The notes beneath the pieces are model-generated. The model was not told the DNA's origin, ran no database searches, and saw nothing but the letters and a program-made list of their open reading frames with translations. Positions 8,315 through 18,063 of a stretch of DNA of 64,000 nt are shown piece by piece. Position 1 is the first letter of the stretch. Each line of letters starts with the position of its first letter. Source of the DNA: an uncultured Gemmatimonadales bacterium (GTDB taxonomy: Bacteria > Gemmatimonadota > Gemmatimonadetes > Longimicrobiales > RSA9); contig CAWFKH010000003.1 of NCBI GenBank assembly GCA_963816355.1, positions 1,152,001-1,216,000 of the forward strand, in the 5' to 3' direction. Both the position numbers and the translations under genes were made by a program.

Positions 8315-9367
8315 TCAGTACGCCGCCAGGTAGCGGCACGCCTTCACGATGTCGTCCACCTGCGGCAGAAAATAGTCCTCGAGCGGCGGTGAGTACGGCA
8401 CCGGCGTGTCGATCGCGGTCACGCGCAGCACGGGCGCGTCGAGCCACTCGAACGCCTTCTCGCTGATCCGCATCGCGAGCTCGCCCGCGATGCCGCCGGT
8501 GCGCGTGTCCTCGTGCACGAGGAGCACGCGGCTCGTCTTGCGCACGGTGTCGATCACCGCGGCGTCGTCGAGCGGCAGGAGCGTGCGCAGATCGAGGATC
8601 TCCACCTCCAACCCATCCTCGGCCGCGAGCCGCTCCGCCGCCTTCTGGCTCTCGTGCACCATGGCGCCGTACGTGACGATCGAGACATCGCGCCCCTCGC
8701 GATGCAGCCTCGCCTCGCCGAGCGCCACCACGTACTCCTCCTTCGGCAGCACCTCGCGCAGCGCCGGCGCCCGGTAGAGCCGCTTGTGCTCGAAGAAGAG
8801 AACCGGGTCGTCGTCGCGGATGGCCGCCTTGAGAAGCCCCTTCGCGTCCCGCGCGGTGCTGGGATAGACGATCTTCAGACCCGGCGTGTGGAAGAACGCC
8901 ATCTCCGGGTTCTGCGAGTGGAACGGCCCGCCGCGCACGCCGCCACCCACGGGCCCGCGCACCACCAGCGGCAGCGCTCCACTGCCGCGCCAACGCGAGG
9001 TCGCGATGTAGTTCGTGAGCGGCTCGTAGGCGCAGGAGACGAAGTCCATGAACTGCATCTCGACGACCGGCCGCAGCCCCATGTGCGCGGCTCCCGCGGC
9101 GGCGCCGGTGAAGCCGGCTTCGCTGATGGGCGTGTCGATCACGCGCTCCTCGCCGAAGCGCTCGAGGAAGCCGTCCGTCACCTTGAACGCGCCGCCGTAG
9201 ACGCCGATGTCCTCACCGAGCAGGAAGACGCGATCGTCGCGCTCGAGCTCCTCCCACAGCGCCTCCCGGATCGCCTCGAGCAACGTGACCGGCTTCCCCT
9301 CGTCGGTCTGCCGCACGTGCTCCGGCTTCGTTCCGGCCTGCTGGACCTTCTCTGTCGCGGTCGCCAT
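8315..9367 (-). CDS. 2-oxoacid dehydrogenase E1 beta subunit
   Basis: LLGEDIGVYGGAFKVT, RVIDTPISE, GGPFHSQ, FFEHKRLY, LDAPVLRV. Confidence 0.94.
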   Translation of the reverse strand: MATATEKVQQAGTKPEHVRQTDEGKPVTLLEAIREALWEELERDDRVFLLGEDIGVYGGAFKVTDGFLERFGEERVIDTPISEAGFTGAAAGAAHMGLRPVVEMQFMDFVSCAYEPLTNYIATSRWRGSGALPLVVRGPVGGGVRGGPFHSQNPEMAFFHTPGLKIVYPSTARDAKGLLKAAIRDDDPVLFFEHKRLYRAPALREVLPKEEYVVALGEARLHREGRDVSIVTYGAMVHESQKAAERLAAEDGLEVEILDLRTLLPLDDAAVIDTVRKTSRVLLVHEDTRTGGIAGELAMRISEKAFEWLDAPVLRVTAIDTPVPYSPPLEDYFLPQVDDIVKACRYLAAY

Positions 9368-9371
9368 TCGT

Positions 9372-10442
9372 TCACGCCTCGCGGGGATCCGGACGCGGCG
9401 CACGCACCCACGGCCGTCGGATCTCGTGATCGCCGTACACGCCACTCAGGCCGGCGTCCGCCTGCGGCAGCGGCGAAGCCTCGGCACGCTCGCGGGAGGC
9501 GTCGACGACGCCGCTCACGTCCGCGTCGATCGCGGCCAGCTCGGCGTCCGTCGCCCAACCCTGGTCGAGGGCCAGCCGGCGGTAGCGGTCCACCGGGTCG
9601 CGCGCCTCCCACGCCTCGATCTCGCCCGCGGGGACGTATCCCTGCGCGTCATGCTCCGCGTGCCCCTTGCGCCGGTAGGTGTCCACCTGCAGAAGCGCCG
9701 GGCCGGCGCCGGCGCGCGCACGCTCCACGGCGCGTCGCGTCATGTCGAGCACGGCGAGCACGTCGTTGCCGTCGCAGCGATCGCCGTGGATGCCGTAGCC
9801 GGGCGCCTTGTCCACGAACGACGCCGCCGCCGTCTGCTTCGCGGTGGGCGTGGAATAGGCGTACTGATTGTTCTCCACCACGACGACGAGCGGCGCGCGC
9901 TGCACGGCGGCGAAATTGAGGCCCTCGTGGAAGGCGCCGGTCGAGGTCATGCCGTCGCCGGCGTAGACGAGCGCGACGCGCGGCTCGCGCCGCTTGCGAA
10001 ACGCGAGCGCCACGCCGGCCATCACCTCGACCATCACGCCGAGGTGGGAGATGAGGCCGATGAAGCCGCGCTCGTAGTCGCAGAAATGGACGTTCTGCTC
10101 GCGGCCGCCGCTCGGCGAGTCCGCCTTCGCCATGTACTGCCGCATCACGTCGACCGGGTCCGCACCCATGACGAGGAGCGATCCGAGGTTGCGGATCCCG
10201 GGCGAGATCACGTCTCCGGTGCCGTCGCCGCGACGCCGCAGCGCGTAGGCGGATCCCACCGCTTCGGCCTCCTGGCCGAGCGAGCGGTAGAGCCCGCCGA
10301 TCACCTTGTTCTGACGATAGAGGTTGGCGAGCGCCTGCTCCACCTGCCGCGTCAACTGCAGGTAGCGGTACAACTCGAGGCGCTGCTCTCGCGTCAGATC
10401 CGTCTCCACGGAGGGCCGCGCGACCGCCGTCCTCTGCGCCAT
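9372..10442 (-). CDS. 2-oxoacid dehydrogenase E1 alpha subunit (TPP-dependent)
   Basis: GQEA, TPP motif GDG...ENNQYAYS, YRRKGHAEHD; SD GAGGTG before the ATG. Confidence 0.93.
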   Translation of the reverse strand: MAQRTAVARPSVETDLTREQRLELYRYLQLTRQVEQALANLYRQNKVIGGLYRSLGQEAEAVGSAYALRRRGDGTGDVISPGIRNLGSLLVMGADPVDVMRQYMAKADSPSGGREQNVHFCDYERGFIGLISHLGVMVEVMAGVALAFRKRREPRVALVYAGDGMTSTGAFHEGLNFAAVQRAPLVVVVENNQYAYSTPTAKQTAAASFVDKAPGYGIHGDRCDGNDVLAVLDMTRRAVERARAGAGPALLQVDTYRRKGHAEHDAQGYVPAGEIEAWEARDPVDRYRRLALDQGWATDAELAAIDADVSGVVDASRERAEASPLPQADAGLSGVYGDHEIRRPWVRAPRPDPREA

Positions 10443-10544
10443 CTCACCTCGCCGCTGCAAACACGGCGGGACACCCCGCCCCGCCGCCAAAAGCCCGGAC
10501 AAAATGGCCGCACGGCCACGCTCCGTCAAGCGAGCGGGAGATGC

Positions 10545-10570
10545 AAAACGCCCCGCAAATCGCGGGGCGT
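10545..10570 (-). terminator. Intrinsic terminator downstream of secG
   Basis: ACGCCCCGC-GATTT-GCGGGGCGT followed by TTT on the minus strand. Confidence 0.65.
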
Positions 10571-10650
10571 CAAGCGGTTCGGGGCCGCGCGCGATACCAC
10601 GCGCGCGACGGAGGCTCCCCGCGGGCTCAACCGGTCGGCTTCGTCGGCGC

Positions 10651-11103
10651 CTACCCGCCGGGCTGCGTCCCGCCCTGGCCGCCCGGCTGCGCGCCGGCGC
10701 CCGCGTTGCCCTGCGGCTGCGCGCCGCCACCCTGCGGCTGCGCCCCCGGGATCACCGGCGCGCCGCCGTTCCCCGGCGCCTGGGGCGTGGCGCCCGGCAG
10801 CACGGGCTGCGGCGCCGTCGCCGGCGCCTGCTGAAACTCGTCGCGCAGGATCGAGTTCGGCTGCTGCGCCCGGGACGACATCAGGGAGAGCACCAGCGCG
10901 ATGAGGAGGAAGATCCCGCCGGTGATCCAGCTCGCGCGGGTCAGCAGCGTCGCCGCCTGGCGACCGCCGATCAGGGAATCCGTTCCCATCGGCGCGCCGC
11001 CGCCCACCGCCGCCAGCCCGCCGCCCTTCCCGGACTGCAGCAGGACGACGACCATGAGCAGCAGGCCATCCAGAATCATCAACGTCAGCAGGAACGCGAA
11101 CAC
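10651..11103 (-). CDS. secG: Preprotein translocase subunit SecG with a Pro/Gln/Gly-rich C-terminal tail
   Basis: VLLQSGKGGGLA...LLTRASWITGGIFL; directly downstream of tpiA, a common synteny. Confidence 0.92.
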   Translation of the reverse strand: MFAFLLTLMILDGLLLMVVVLLQSGKGGGLAAVGGGAPMGTDSLIGGRQAATLLTRASWITGGIFLLIALVLSLMSSRAQQPNSILRDEFQQAPATAPQPVLPGATPQAPGNGGAPVIPGAQPQGGGAQPQGNAGAGAQPGGQGGTQPGG

Positions 11104-11155
11104 CGCTTCGCTCCATGAGATCGAATTCGTGGACCGCGAGCCATGAAAGATCGCC

Positions 11156-11920
11156 TCAGCCGCCGCGCCGTGTCAACCGGGCGAACACCGCAGCGTCCAG
11201 GCTTGCTCCACCGACGAGGACGCCGCCCACGCCCGGCGCCGCCAGCAGGTCCTGCACGTTGTCCGGCTTGACGGAGCCGCCGTAGAGGATCGGCACCGTC
11301 GCGGCGCGCTCGCCGAGGCGGCTCCCGAGCCGGGCGCGCAGCGTGGCGTGCGCGCTCGCGGCGTCCTCGGGCGTGGCGGTTTCGTCGGTTCCGATCGCCC
11401 ACACCGGCTCGTAGGCGATCGCGACCACGCCCTCCGCCTCCGCGACGGCGTCGAGCGCCGTGTCGAGCTGGCGCAGGATCACGGCGTCGACCCGGCCTGC
11501 GCGCCGCTCCTCGAGGGTCTCGCCGACGCAGGCGACGACGCCAAGCCCGGCAGCGAGTGCGGCGGCGACCTTGCGGCGCACTTCGTCGTCGGTCTCGCCG
11601 AAGACGTGGCGGCGCTCGGAGTGTCCGACGAGGGCGAACGTGGCGCCCGCGTCGACGGCCATCGGTGCGCTGATCTCCCCGGTGAACGCGCCCTGCCCCT
11701 CCCAGTACAGGTTCTGCACGCCGAGCCGGACGTCCGTTCGGCCGGCGAGCGCGGCGACGGCCGCGGCCAGCGAGAGCGCGGGCGGAAAGAGGAGGACGGA
11801 GCCGGCGTCGAGCGTCGGGCGGGCGGCGAGGAAGTCCGCGAAGAAGGCGCGCGTCGCCGTCGGCCCCTTGTGCATCTTCCAGTTGCCGGCGATCACCGGC
11901 GTACGCAGCGGGGCGATCAC
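11156..11920 (-). CDS. tpiA: Triosephosphate isomerase
   Basis: AGNWKMH, GAFTGEIS, GHSERR, AYEPVWAIGT, YGGSV, LVGGASL; GTGA overlap with pgk. Confidence 0.97.
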   Translation of the reverse strand: MIAPLRTPVIAGNWKMHKGPTATRAFFADFLAARPTLDAGSVLLFPPALSLAAAVAALAGRTDVRLGVQNLYWEGQGAFTGEISAPMAVDAGATFALVGHSERRHVFGETDDEVRRKVAAALAAGLGVVACVGETLEERRAGRVDAVILRQLDTALDAVAEAEGVVAIAYEPVWAIGTDETATPEDAASAHATLRARLGSRLGERAATVPILYGGSVKPDNVQDLLAAPGVGGVLVGGASLDAAVFARLTRRGG

Positions 11921-13131
11921 GATGCACCCGCTTCGCTGAGCGCGGCGACGCCGGGAAGCGTGTGCCCCTCGAGGAACTCGAGCGAAGCGCCTCCGCCCGT
12001 CGACACGTGCGTGACGCGATCCGAGACGCCGGCCTCGCGCACCGCCGCGGCGGTGTCCCCACCGCCGACGATCGTCGTCGCGCCCGCGTCGGTCGCGCGC
12101 GCGATGCGCTCGGCGAGCGCGAGCGTCCCGGCCGCGAACGGCGCCACCTCGAACATGCCGAGCGGCCCGTTCCACAGAATCGTCGACGCGCCGTCCACGC
12201 GCTCGCCGAAGAGGCGGACGCTGGCCGGGCCGACGTCGAGGATCATCTGATCGGCGGGCACCGCGTCGCGCGCCACGACCGACGTGGCGGCATCCCCTTC
12301 CGCCTCCTCCGCCACGACGCAGTCGACCGGAAGGAGGAGCGCGTCGCCCGCCCGCTCGAGCAGCCCGCGCGCCATCTCGACGCGGTCCTCCTCGACGAGG
12401 GAGCGGCCGGTCTCCAGCCCCAGCGCCCGGAAGAAGGTGTTCGCCATCGCGCCTCCCACCACCAGCCCGTCCACGCGCGGCAGGAGGTTCTCGATGACGT
12501 CGATTTTCCCGGAGATCTTGGCGCCGCCGAGGATCGCGATGAACGGGCGCGCGGGAGATTCCAGCGTCTCGCCGAGGAAGCGCAGCTCGCGCTCCATCAG
12601 CAGACCCGCCACGGCCACGCCGCCTCGCGACCGCACCACCTCCGCGACTCCGGCCGTCGACGCATGCGCCCGGTGCGCCGCGCCGAACGCGTCGTTCACG
12701 TAGACGTCCGCGAGCGCCGCCAACCGCCCCGCGAGCGCCGGATCGTCCTTCTCCTCACCCGGCTCGAAGCGCACGTTCTCCAGCAGGACGACGTCGCCGT
12801 CCGCGAGCGCGGCGACGGCGCGATCCACCGCCGCGCCGACGACCTCCGGAACGAACGCGACGGGCCGCCCGAGCAGCTCGCCCAGCCGTGCCGCCACCGG
12901 CCGCAGCGAGAGCGATTCCACCGGCTTCCCCTTCGGCCGCCCCAGGTGCGACACGAGCACCACGCGTGCGCCGCGATCGAGGAGGTAGAGCAGTGTCGGC
13001 AGCGTGGCGCGGATGCGCGTGTCGTCCGCGACCCGCCCCCCATCCAGCGGCACGTTGTAGTCCACGCGCACCAGCACCCGATGCGAGCGCAGCTCGTCCG
13101 CGCCCAGATCCTCCACCGTCAGCTTCGGCAT
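11917..13131 (-). CDS. pgk: Phosphoglycerate kinase
   Basis: RVDYNVP, SHLGRP, LLENVRF, NDAFGAAHRAHAS, GGAKISGKI, HVSTGGGASLEFLEG. Confidence 0.98.
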   Translation of the reverse strand: MPKLTVEDLGADELRSHRVLVRVDYNVPLDGGRVADDTRIRATLPTLLYLLDRGARVVLVSHLGRPKGKPVESLSLRPVAARLGELLGRPVAFVPEVVGAAVDRAVAALADGDVVLLENVRFEPGEEKDDPALAGRLAALADVYVNDAFGAAHRAHASTAGVAEVVRSRGGVAVAGLLMERELRFLGETLESPARPFIAILGGAKISGKIDVIENLLPRVDGLVVGGAMANTFFRALGLETGRSLVEEDRVEMARGLLERAGDALLLPVDCVVAEEAEGDAATSVVARDAVPADQMILDVGPASVRLFGERVDGASTILWNGPLGMFEVAPFAAGTLALAERIARATDAGATTIVGGGDTAAAVREAGVSDRVTHVSTGGGASLEFLEGHTLPGVAALSEAGAS

Positions 13132-13148
13132 CGCTCCCCTCCCGAACG

Positions 13149-13183
13149 AAAACGGCCGCGGTGCTCTCGCACACCGCGGCCGT
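13149..13183 (-). terminator. Terminator-like hairpin immediately upstream of the pgk ribosome-binding site
   Basis: 12-bp perfect stem ACGGCCGCGGTG / CACCGCGGCCGT with an 8-nt loop, followed by TTTCGTT. Confidence 0.6.
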
Positions 13184-13207
13184 GCTCCAATTCCACGATC
13201 AGCGGCC

Positions 13208-13408
13208 CTAGCGGGCCGTCGGCTCTCCCGCCACCTGGACCGCGAAACGCACCGAATCCGCGCCCCGCGGCGCCACCTCCAGCGGCGTCTCGCAGTAGCT
13301 GCAACGGATCACCGCCGGCTCCCGGCTCACCTCGAGCTCGACGGCATCCCGATGCCCGCACACCGGGCAGCGGTACGTCCCGACGATCGAGTGCGTGGAT
13401 TCGGCCAT
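13208..13408 (-). CDS. Small zinc-ribbon protein (66 aa, CPVC...CSYC)
   Basis: MAESTHSIVGTYRCPVCGHRDAVELEVSREPAVIRCSYCETPLEV...; strong SD GGAGGTG before the ATG at 13408. Confidence 0.72.
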   Translation of the reverse strand: MAESTHSIVGTYRCPVCGHRDAVELEVSREPAVIRCSYCETPLEVAPRGADSVRFAVQVAGEPTAR

Positions 13409-13533
13409 CTCACCTCCATCGCTGGGCCACGTGCCCGCTCCGGCGGGCGCCAGAAGCATGCCATCGGCGCCCCGGCGCCGCGGATGCCGCATCGGCCTCC
13501 GCGGACCGTGTCCCGCGTCCGTCGCCTCGATCT

Positions 13534-13563
13534 ACGCTAACACGGCCGGAATCCCGGCGTCAA
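13534..13563 (-). promoter_or_regulatory. Putative sigma70 promoter between gap and the zinc-ribbon gene
   Basis: TTGACG-18 nt-TAGCGT, with TG one base upstream of the -10 (extended -10). Confidence 0.5.
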
Positions 13564-13619
13564 TGGCGACGAACCGGCGATGGGCCCCTTATTCCGCTCC
13601 GTAAACCATGCCCCGTTCT

Positions 13620-14624
<1,005 letters not shown>

Positions 14625-14650
14625 CGAAAAAGCTCCTTTTGAATCCGGAA

Positions 14651-15478
14651 TCATAGGGCCAGAATCCGCGGCGCATCGAGGGCGCGCGCGAACGTGAGGA
14701 CGCTGACGCAGCGGGCGCCGCCCTGGGCGAGCACCCGCGCGCATTCGAGGGCCGTAGCGCCGGTCGTGAGAACGTCGTCGACCAGCAGCGGATGCGCTCC
14801 CTCGAGGCGCGCCGCGAGCGCGGGAGCCACGGAGAACGCTCCCGCCACGTTAGCCCGGCGCGCGAGGGGCTGCAAGGTGGTCTGGCTGCCCTTCGTCGGC
14901 GCCCGTTCGAGGCCGGACGCGAGCGTGCGGCGGGTGCGCGCGGCGAAGGCGCGGGCGATCGCCTCGGCCTGATTGTAGCCGCGCTCGCGCAGCCGCCGTC
15001 GCGTGGTCGGAACCGCCAAGACGAATCGCGCCTCGCCGGCGACGTCCTCCGGCAGCGCGACGCGCGCCAGCACCTCGGCGAGCGTGCCGGCAAGGCAATG
15101 CCAGCCGCGGTACTTGAGCTGATGCACGAGTCGGTCCGCGGGCGGGTGAAGCACGGCCGCGGAACGCGCGCACCGGACGTAGGCGGGCCATTCCCTGCAC
15201 TCCGCGCAGCCCGGTTCGGCGACGTCGCCGCCCGCCGGCAGGGGCGCGCCGCAGCGCGCGCAGAGCGGCGGAGGCGGCGGCCGCAGGCGCGAGAGGCAGC
15301 GGCGGCAGACGGGGCTGCGGCCGCCCCGGCCAGGCTGGACGCGGCCGTCGCATCCGAGACAGATCGGCGCGAAGACCAGGTCGAGAACGCCGGCGCCGAG
15401 GTCGCGCAGACCGCGGCGGAGAGGCAGGAGGGTCGCGCCGCGAGGGCGCGGGCGGGGGGGCCGTGGGCGCGCGTTCAT
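14651..15478 (-). CDS. ComF-family protein (double zinc ribbon plus phosphoribosyltransferase); start uncertain
   Basis: Four CxxC pairs, LKYRG, RERGYNQ, LLVDDVLTTGAT. Confidence 0.9.
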   Translation of the reverse strand: MNARPRPPRPRPRGATLLPLRRGLRDLGAGVLDLVFAPICLGCDGRVQPGRGGRSPVCRRCLSRLRPPPPPLCARCGAPLPAGGDVAEPGCAECREWPAYVRCARSAAVLHPPADRLVHQLKYRGWHCLAGTLAEVLARVALPEDVAGEARFVLAVPTTRRRLRERGYNQAEAIARAFAARTRRTLASGLERAPTKGSQTTLQPLARRANVAGAFSVAPALAARLEGAHPLLVDDVLTTGATALECARVLAQGGARCVSVLTFARALDAPRILAL

Positions 15479-15577
15479 CGGACGCATCTTCGTCGACCCC
15501 GGTGGGCGCCGCCATGGCCGGGCGGGCGGCGCGCGCGCCGTCGGGCGCGCGACGCCGGCCGGCCATAGACTCTGTGG

Positions 15578-15880
15578 CTACTCCTTGCGTCGAATGGCGC
15601 GCACGAGGTCGGCCTTGTCCATCTTGCTCCGCCCCTCGATGTCCAACTGCTTCGCGCGGTTGTAGAGCTCCGCCTTGGTACGGTCGTCGAGCGAGCGGTT
15701 CGGGTTGCCGGTGCCCTGGGTGCGCCTGTTCGGCGTGCGGCCCTCCTCGCGGCGCTCCTTGTTCACGGTGCGAGCCGCGATCTCCTTGGCGCGCGACTTC
15801 GACTTGCCGCGGTCCTCGGCGCTCTCCTTGATATGCTCGTACTTCCGCTCGTCCTTGTTGCTCCATTTGCTCTGCGGCAT
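15578..15880 (-). CDS. Small basic protein with a C-terminal Rho N-terminal-like helical domain
   Basis: DERKYEHIKES...AKEIAARTVNKER and RTKAELYNRAKQLDIEGRSKMDKADLVRAI; SD GGAGGTGG before the ATG at 15880. Confidence 0.8.
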   Translation of the reverse strand: MPQSKWSNKDERKYEHIKESAEDRGKSKSRAKEIAARTVNKERREEGRTPNRRTQGTGNPNRSLDDRTKAELYNRAKQLDIEGRSKMDKADLVRAIRRKE

Positions 15881-15933
15881 GACTCCACCTCCGATTCCAT
15901 GAACGATCGAGGGTGAAATGTGCAAGAACCGCG

Positions 15934-16794
15934 CTACTGCGCAGGTCGCCGAAGGGAGGCCGCGAGGGCGAGCGCGCGGCGCATCGCGGCTTCAGGCGCT
16001 CCCCCTCCCGACCAGCGGCGCTGCGCCGCGACCGCCTGGGCGAGCAGCATCGCCGTGCCGTCGGCGGCCGGGATCCCCGCCGCGATCGCGGCGCGCACGA
16101 GCGGCGTTCCCTGCGGCGGCGCGTAGACGAGGTCGAGCACGCCGCCTGCGGAGGCGAGAGAGGCGAGGTCGAACGGCAGCGGATCGTCCGCGCGGAGGCC
16201 GAGCGACGTCGCGTTGACCACCAGATCGAAGCGTTCGCCGCGAAGCGCCGCCGCCCCGTCCGCGATGCCCATACGGCTTCCGTCCGGATCGAGGCGCCGC
16301 CGCAGCGCCCGGGCGCGCTCGGGCGTTCGGTTCAGCACCGTGAGCGTGGCGCCCGCGTCGAGGAGGGCACACGCCGCGGCGCTCGCCGCGCCGCCGGCGC
16401 CCACGAGCAGCGCGCGGGCGCCGGCCGGATCCCCGACGAGCGCACGCGCCGCGGTGTCGAAGCCGGCGACGTCGGTGTTGTCGCCGCGGACCTCGCCACC
16501 CTCCGCCCAGAAGGTGTTGCAGGCGCCCGTGCGGCGGACGACGTCCGATGCCCGATCGAGCGCGCGCGCGGCCGCGGCCTTGTGCGGGACCGTGACGTTG
16601 CCGCCGCCGCCGGCCAGCGCGAGGCCGCGCAGCAGGCCGGCGAGGTCGCCGGCGCCGCAGCGAAGCGCGACGTAGACGGCGTCGATCGCGGCGGCGGTGA
16701 ACGCGGCGTTGTGGATGGCGGGCGAGAGGGAGTGCGAAACGGGGTCGCCGAGCACGGCGAAGACGCGCGTGGCGGCGGTCGGGGCGACGTTCAC
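15934..16794 (-). CDS. aroE: Shikimate dehydrogenase
   Basis: GDPVSHSLSP, NVTVPHK, GACNT, GDNTD, GAGGAA, VNATSLG, DLVY; GTGA overlap with the upstream gene. Confidence 0.95.
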   Translation of the reverse strand: MNVAPTAATRVFAVLGDPVSHSLSPAIHNAAFTAAAIDAVYVALRCGAGDLAGLLRGLALAGGGGNVTVPHKAAAARALDRASDVVRRTGACNTFWAEGGEVRGDNTDVAGFDTAARALVGDPAGARALLVGAGGAASAAACALLDAGATLTVLNRTPERARALRRRLDPDGSRMGIADGAAALRGERFDLVVNATSLGLRADDPLPFDLASLASAGGVLDLVYAPPQGTPLVRAAIAAGIPAADGTAMLLAQAVAAQRRWSGGGAPEAAMRRALALAASLRRPAQ

Positions 16795-17288
16795 GGTGCG
16801 AGGATCGGTTCGAGCCGACGCAGCACGCCGTCGATCAGCCGCTGCAGGCGAATCAGCGTGGCCCGGTAGGCGGCCTCGTCGCCGCCGAACGGATCCGGCA
16901 CCGCGTCGCCGTCCGCGTGATCGTCGGCGAACTCGGTGATCAGCGCCACCCTGCCCGCGCCACCGAGCTCGGCGACGCTCCACAGGTGCCCGGGACTCAT
17001 CGCGAGAACGAGGTCCGCCCATTCGACCAGCTCGGGCGTGAGGGCGGCGCTTCGGTGCGCGGAGAGGTCGAGCCCCGCTTCCCTTCCCACCGCCACGGCG
17101 GCGGCGGGCGCCGGCTGGCCACCGGCGCCCGCCGCCGTCCCGGCCGAGCGCACCGCCACGTGGCTCCAGCCGCGCTCCCGCAGCGCCTCCACCGCCAGCG
17201 CCGCCGCGATCGGGCTGCGGCACGTGTTGCCGGTGCAGACGAAGAGCAGGTTGAAGGTCGTCGGTACGCTGTCGTCCTCAGCCGCCAT
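16791..17288 (-). CDS. Low-molecular-weight protein phosphatase, probably an arginine phosphatase (YwlE-like)
   Basis: P-loop FVCTGNTCRSP, SAGT, ADLVLAM, D-loop DPFGG. Confidence 0.88.
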   Translation of the reverse strand: MAAEDDSVPTTFNLLFVCTGNTCRSPIAAALAVEALRERGWSHVAVRSAGTAAGAGGQPAPAAAVAVGREAGLDLSAHRSAALTPELVEWADLVLAMSPGHLWSVAELGGAGRVALITEFADDHADGDAVPDPFGGDEAAYRATLIRLQRLIDGVLRRLEPILAP

Positions 17289-18063
17289 CGGGGCCATCCA
17301 CGTCGGGAACGACGCTGCGGAGCGCCGCGAGAGGGAGCGCCCCCTCGCGCAGCACGAATGTACGGGTCGGGAGGCATTCGACCAGGGTCGACGGCGGCGA
17401 GACCGGCAGCCTGCCGCCATCCAGGACGAGAAAGCCTCCCCCGCCGGGCGGCTCGCCGGCGGCGTCGCGGTCCAGGTCCACGGGGTTCGGGTCCAGCTTC
17501 CCGGCGTCCGCCGGACCGACCACCCCGGACGCCGCTTCCGAGCGCTCGAGGGCGATCGCAGCGGCGAGCGCCGCGGCGGCGTTCCGCGCCGGGGGGGCAC
17601 CGGGCGCGTTCGCGCTCGTGGAGGTGAGCGGCTCGTCGAGCGCCGCGAGGAGTTCGCGCGCGCCGGCGTGAGCGCACGCCCGCACGGCGACCGTGCCGCC
17701 GGGACCCGCCACCGCCGTGGGCACCGGGCGCCCGGCGACCGTGCCGCGCGAAGCGAGCAGCGCGAGCGTGAGCGGACCCGGCCAGAATGCGTCAGCGAGC
17801 GCGGACGCCGCGCCGGTCCACTCGAGGTCCGCCACCCGGGCGATGTCGTGCACGAGGAGCAGGAACGGCTTCGCGGCGCCGCGTCTCTTGAGGCGCTGCA
17901 GCCGCGCGAGCGCCGCCGGCCGCAGCGCGCATCCGAAGCCGTACACGGTCTCCGTCGGATAGGCGATGAGGCCGCCCTCCTTCAGGTGCGCGACCACCCG
18001 TGGCAGCGCCGCCCGGCGCGCGGCGGCGGTCGTGAAGTCGACCCGCTCCGGAGCGAGGCTCAC
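17278..18063 (-). CDS. tsaC: L-threonylcarbamoyladenylate synthase (TsaC/Sua5/YrdC family)
   Basis: AYPTETVYG, LKRR...KP, FWPGPLT, TSTSAN, LDGG...PST. Confidence 0.9.
   Translation of the reverse strand: MSLAPERVDFTTAAARRAALPRVVAHLKEGGLIAYPTETVYGFGCALRPAALARLQRLKRRGAAKPFLLLVHDIARVADLEWTGAASALADAFWPGPLTLALLASRGTVAGRPVPTAVAGPGGTVAVRACAHAGARELLAALDEPLTSTSANAPGAPPARNAAAALAAAIALERSEAASGVVGPADAGKLDPNPVDLDRDAAGEPPGGGGFLVLDGGRLPVSPPSTLVECLPTRTFVLREGALPLAALRSVVPDVDGPDGG

Noticed and set aside
6787..10442. 2-oxoacid dehydrogenase cluster without an E3 gene; assignment as pdh or bkd
   Set aside because: E3 is often shared and encoded elsewhere. Substrate cannot be determined from motifs, so no gene symbols were given.
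10651..10830. GAQPQG-type repeats in the SecG tail
   Set aside because: Low-complexity C-terminal tails are common in SecG, and there is no evidence of a separate function.
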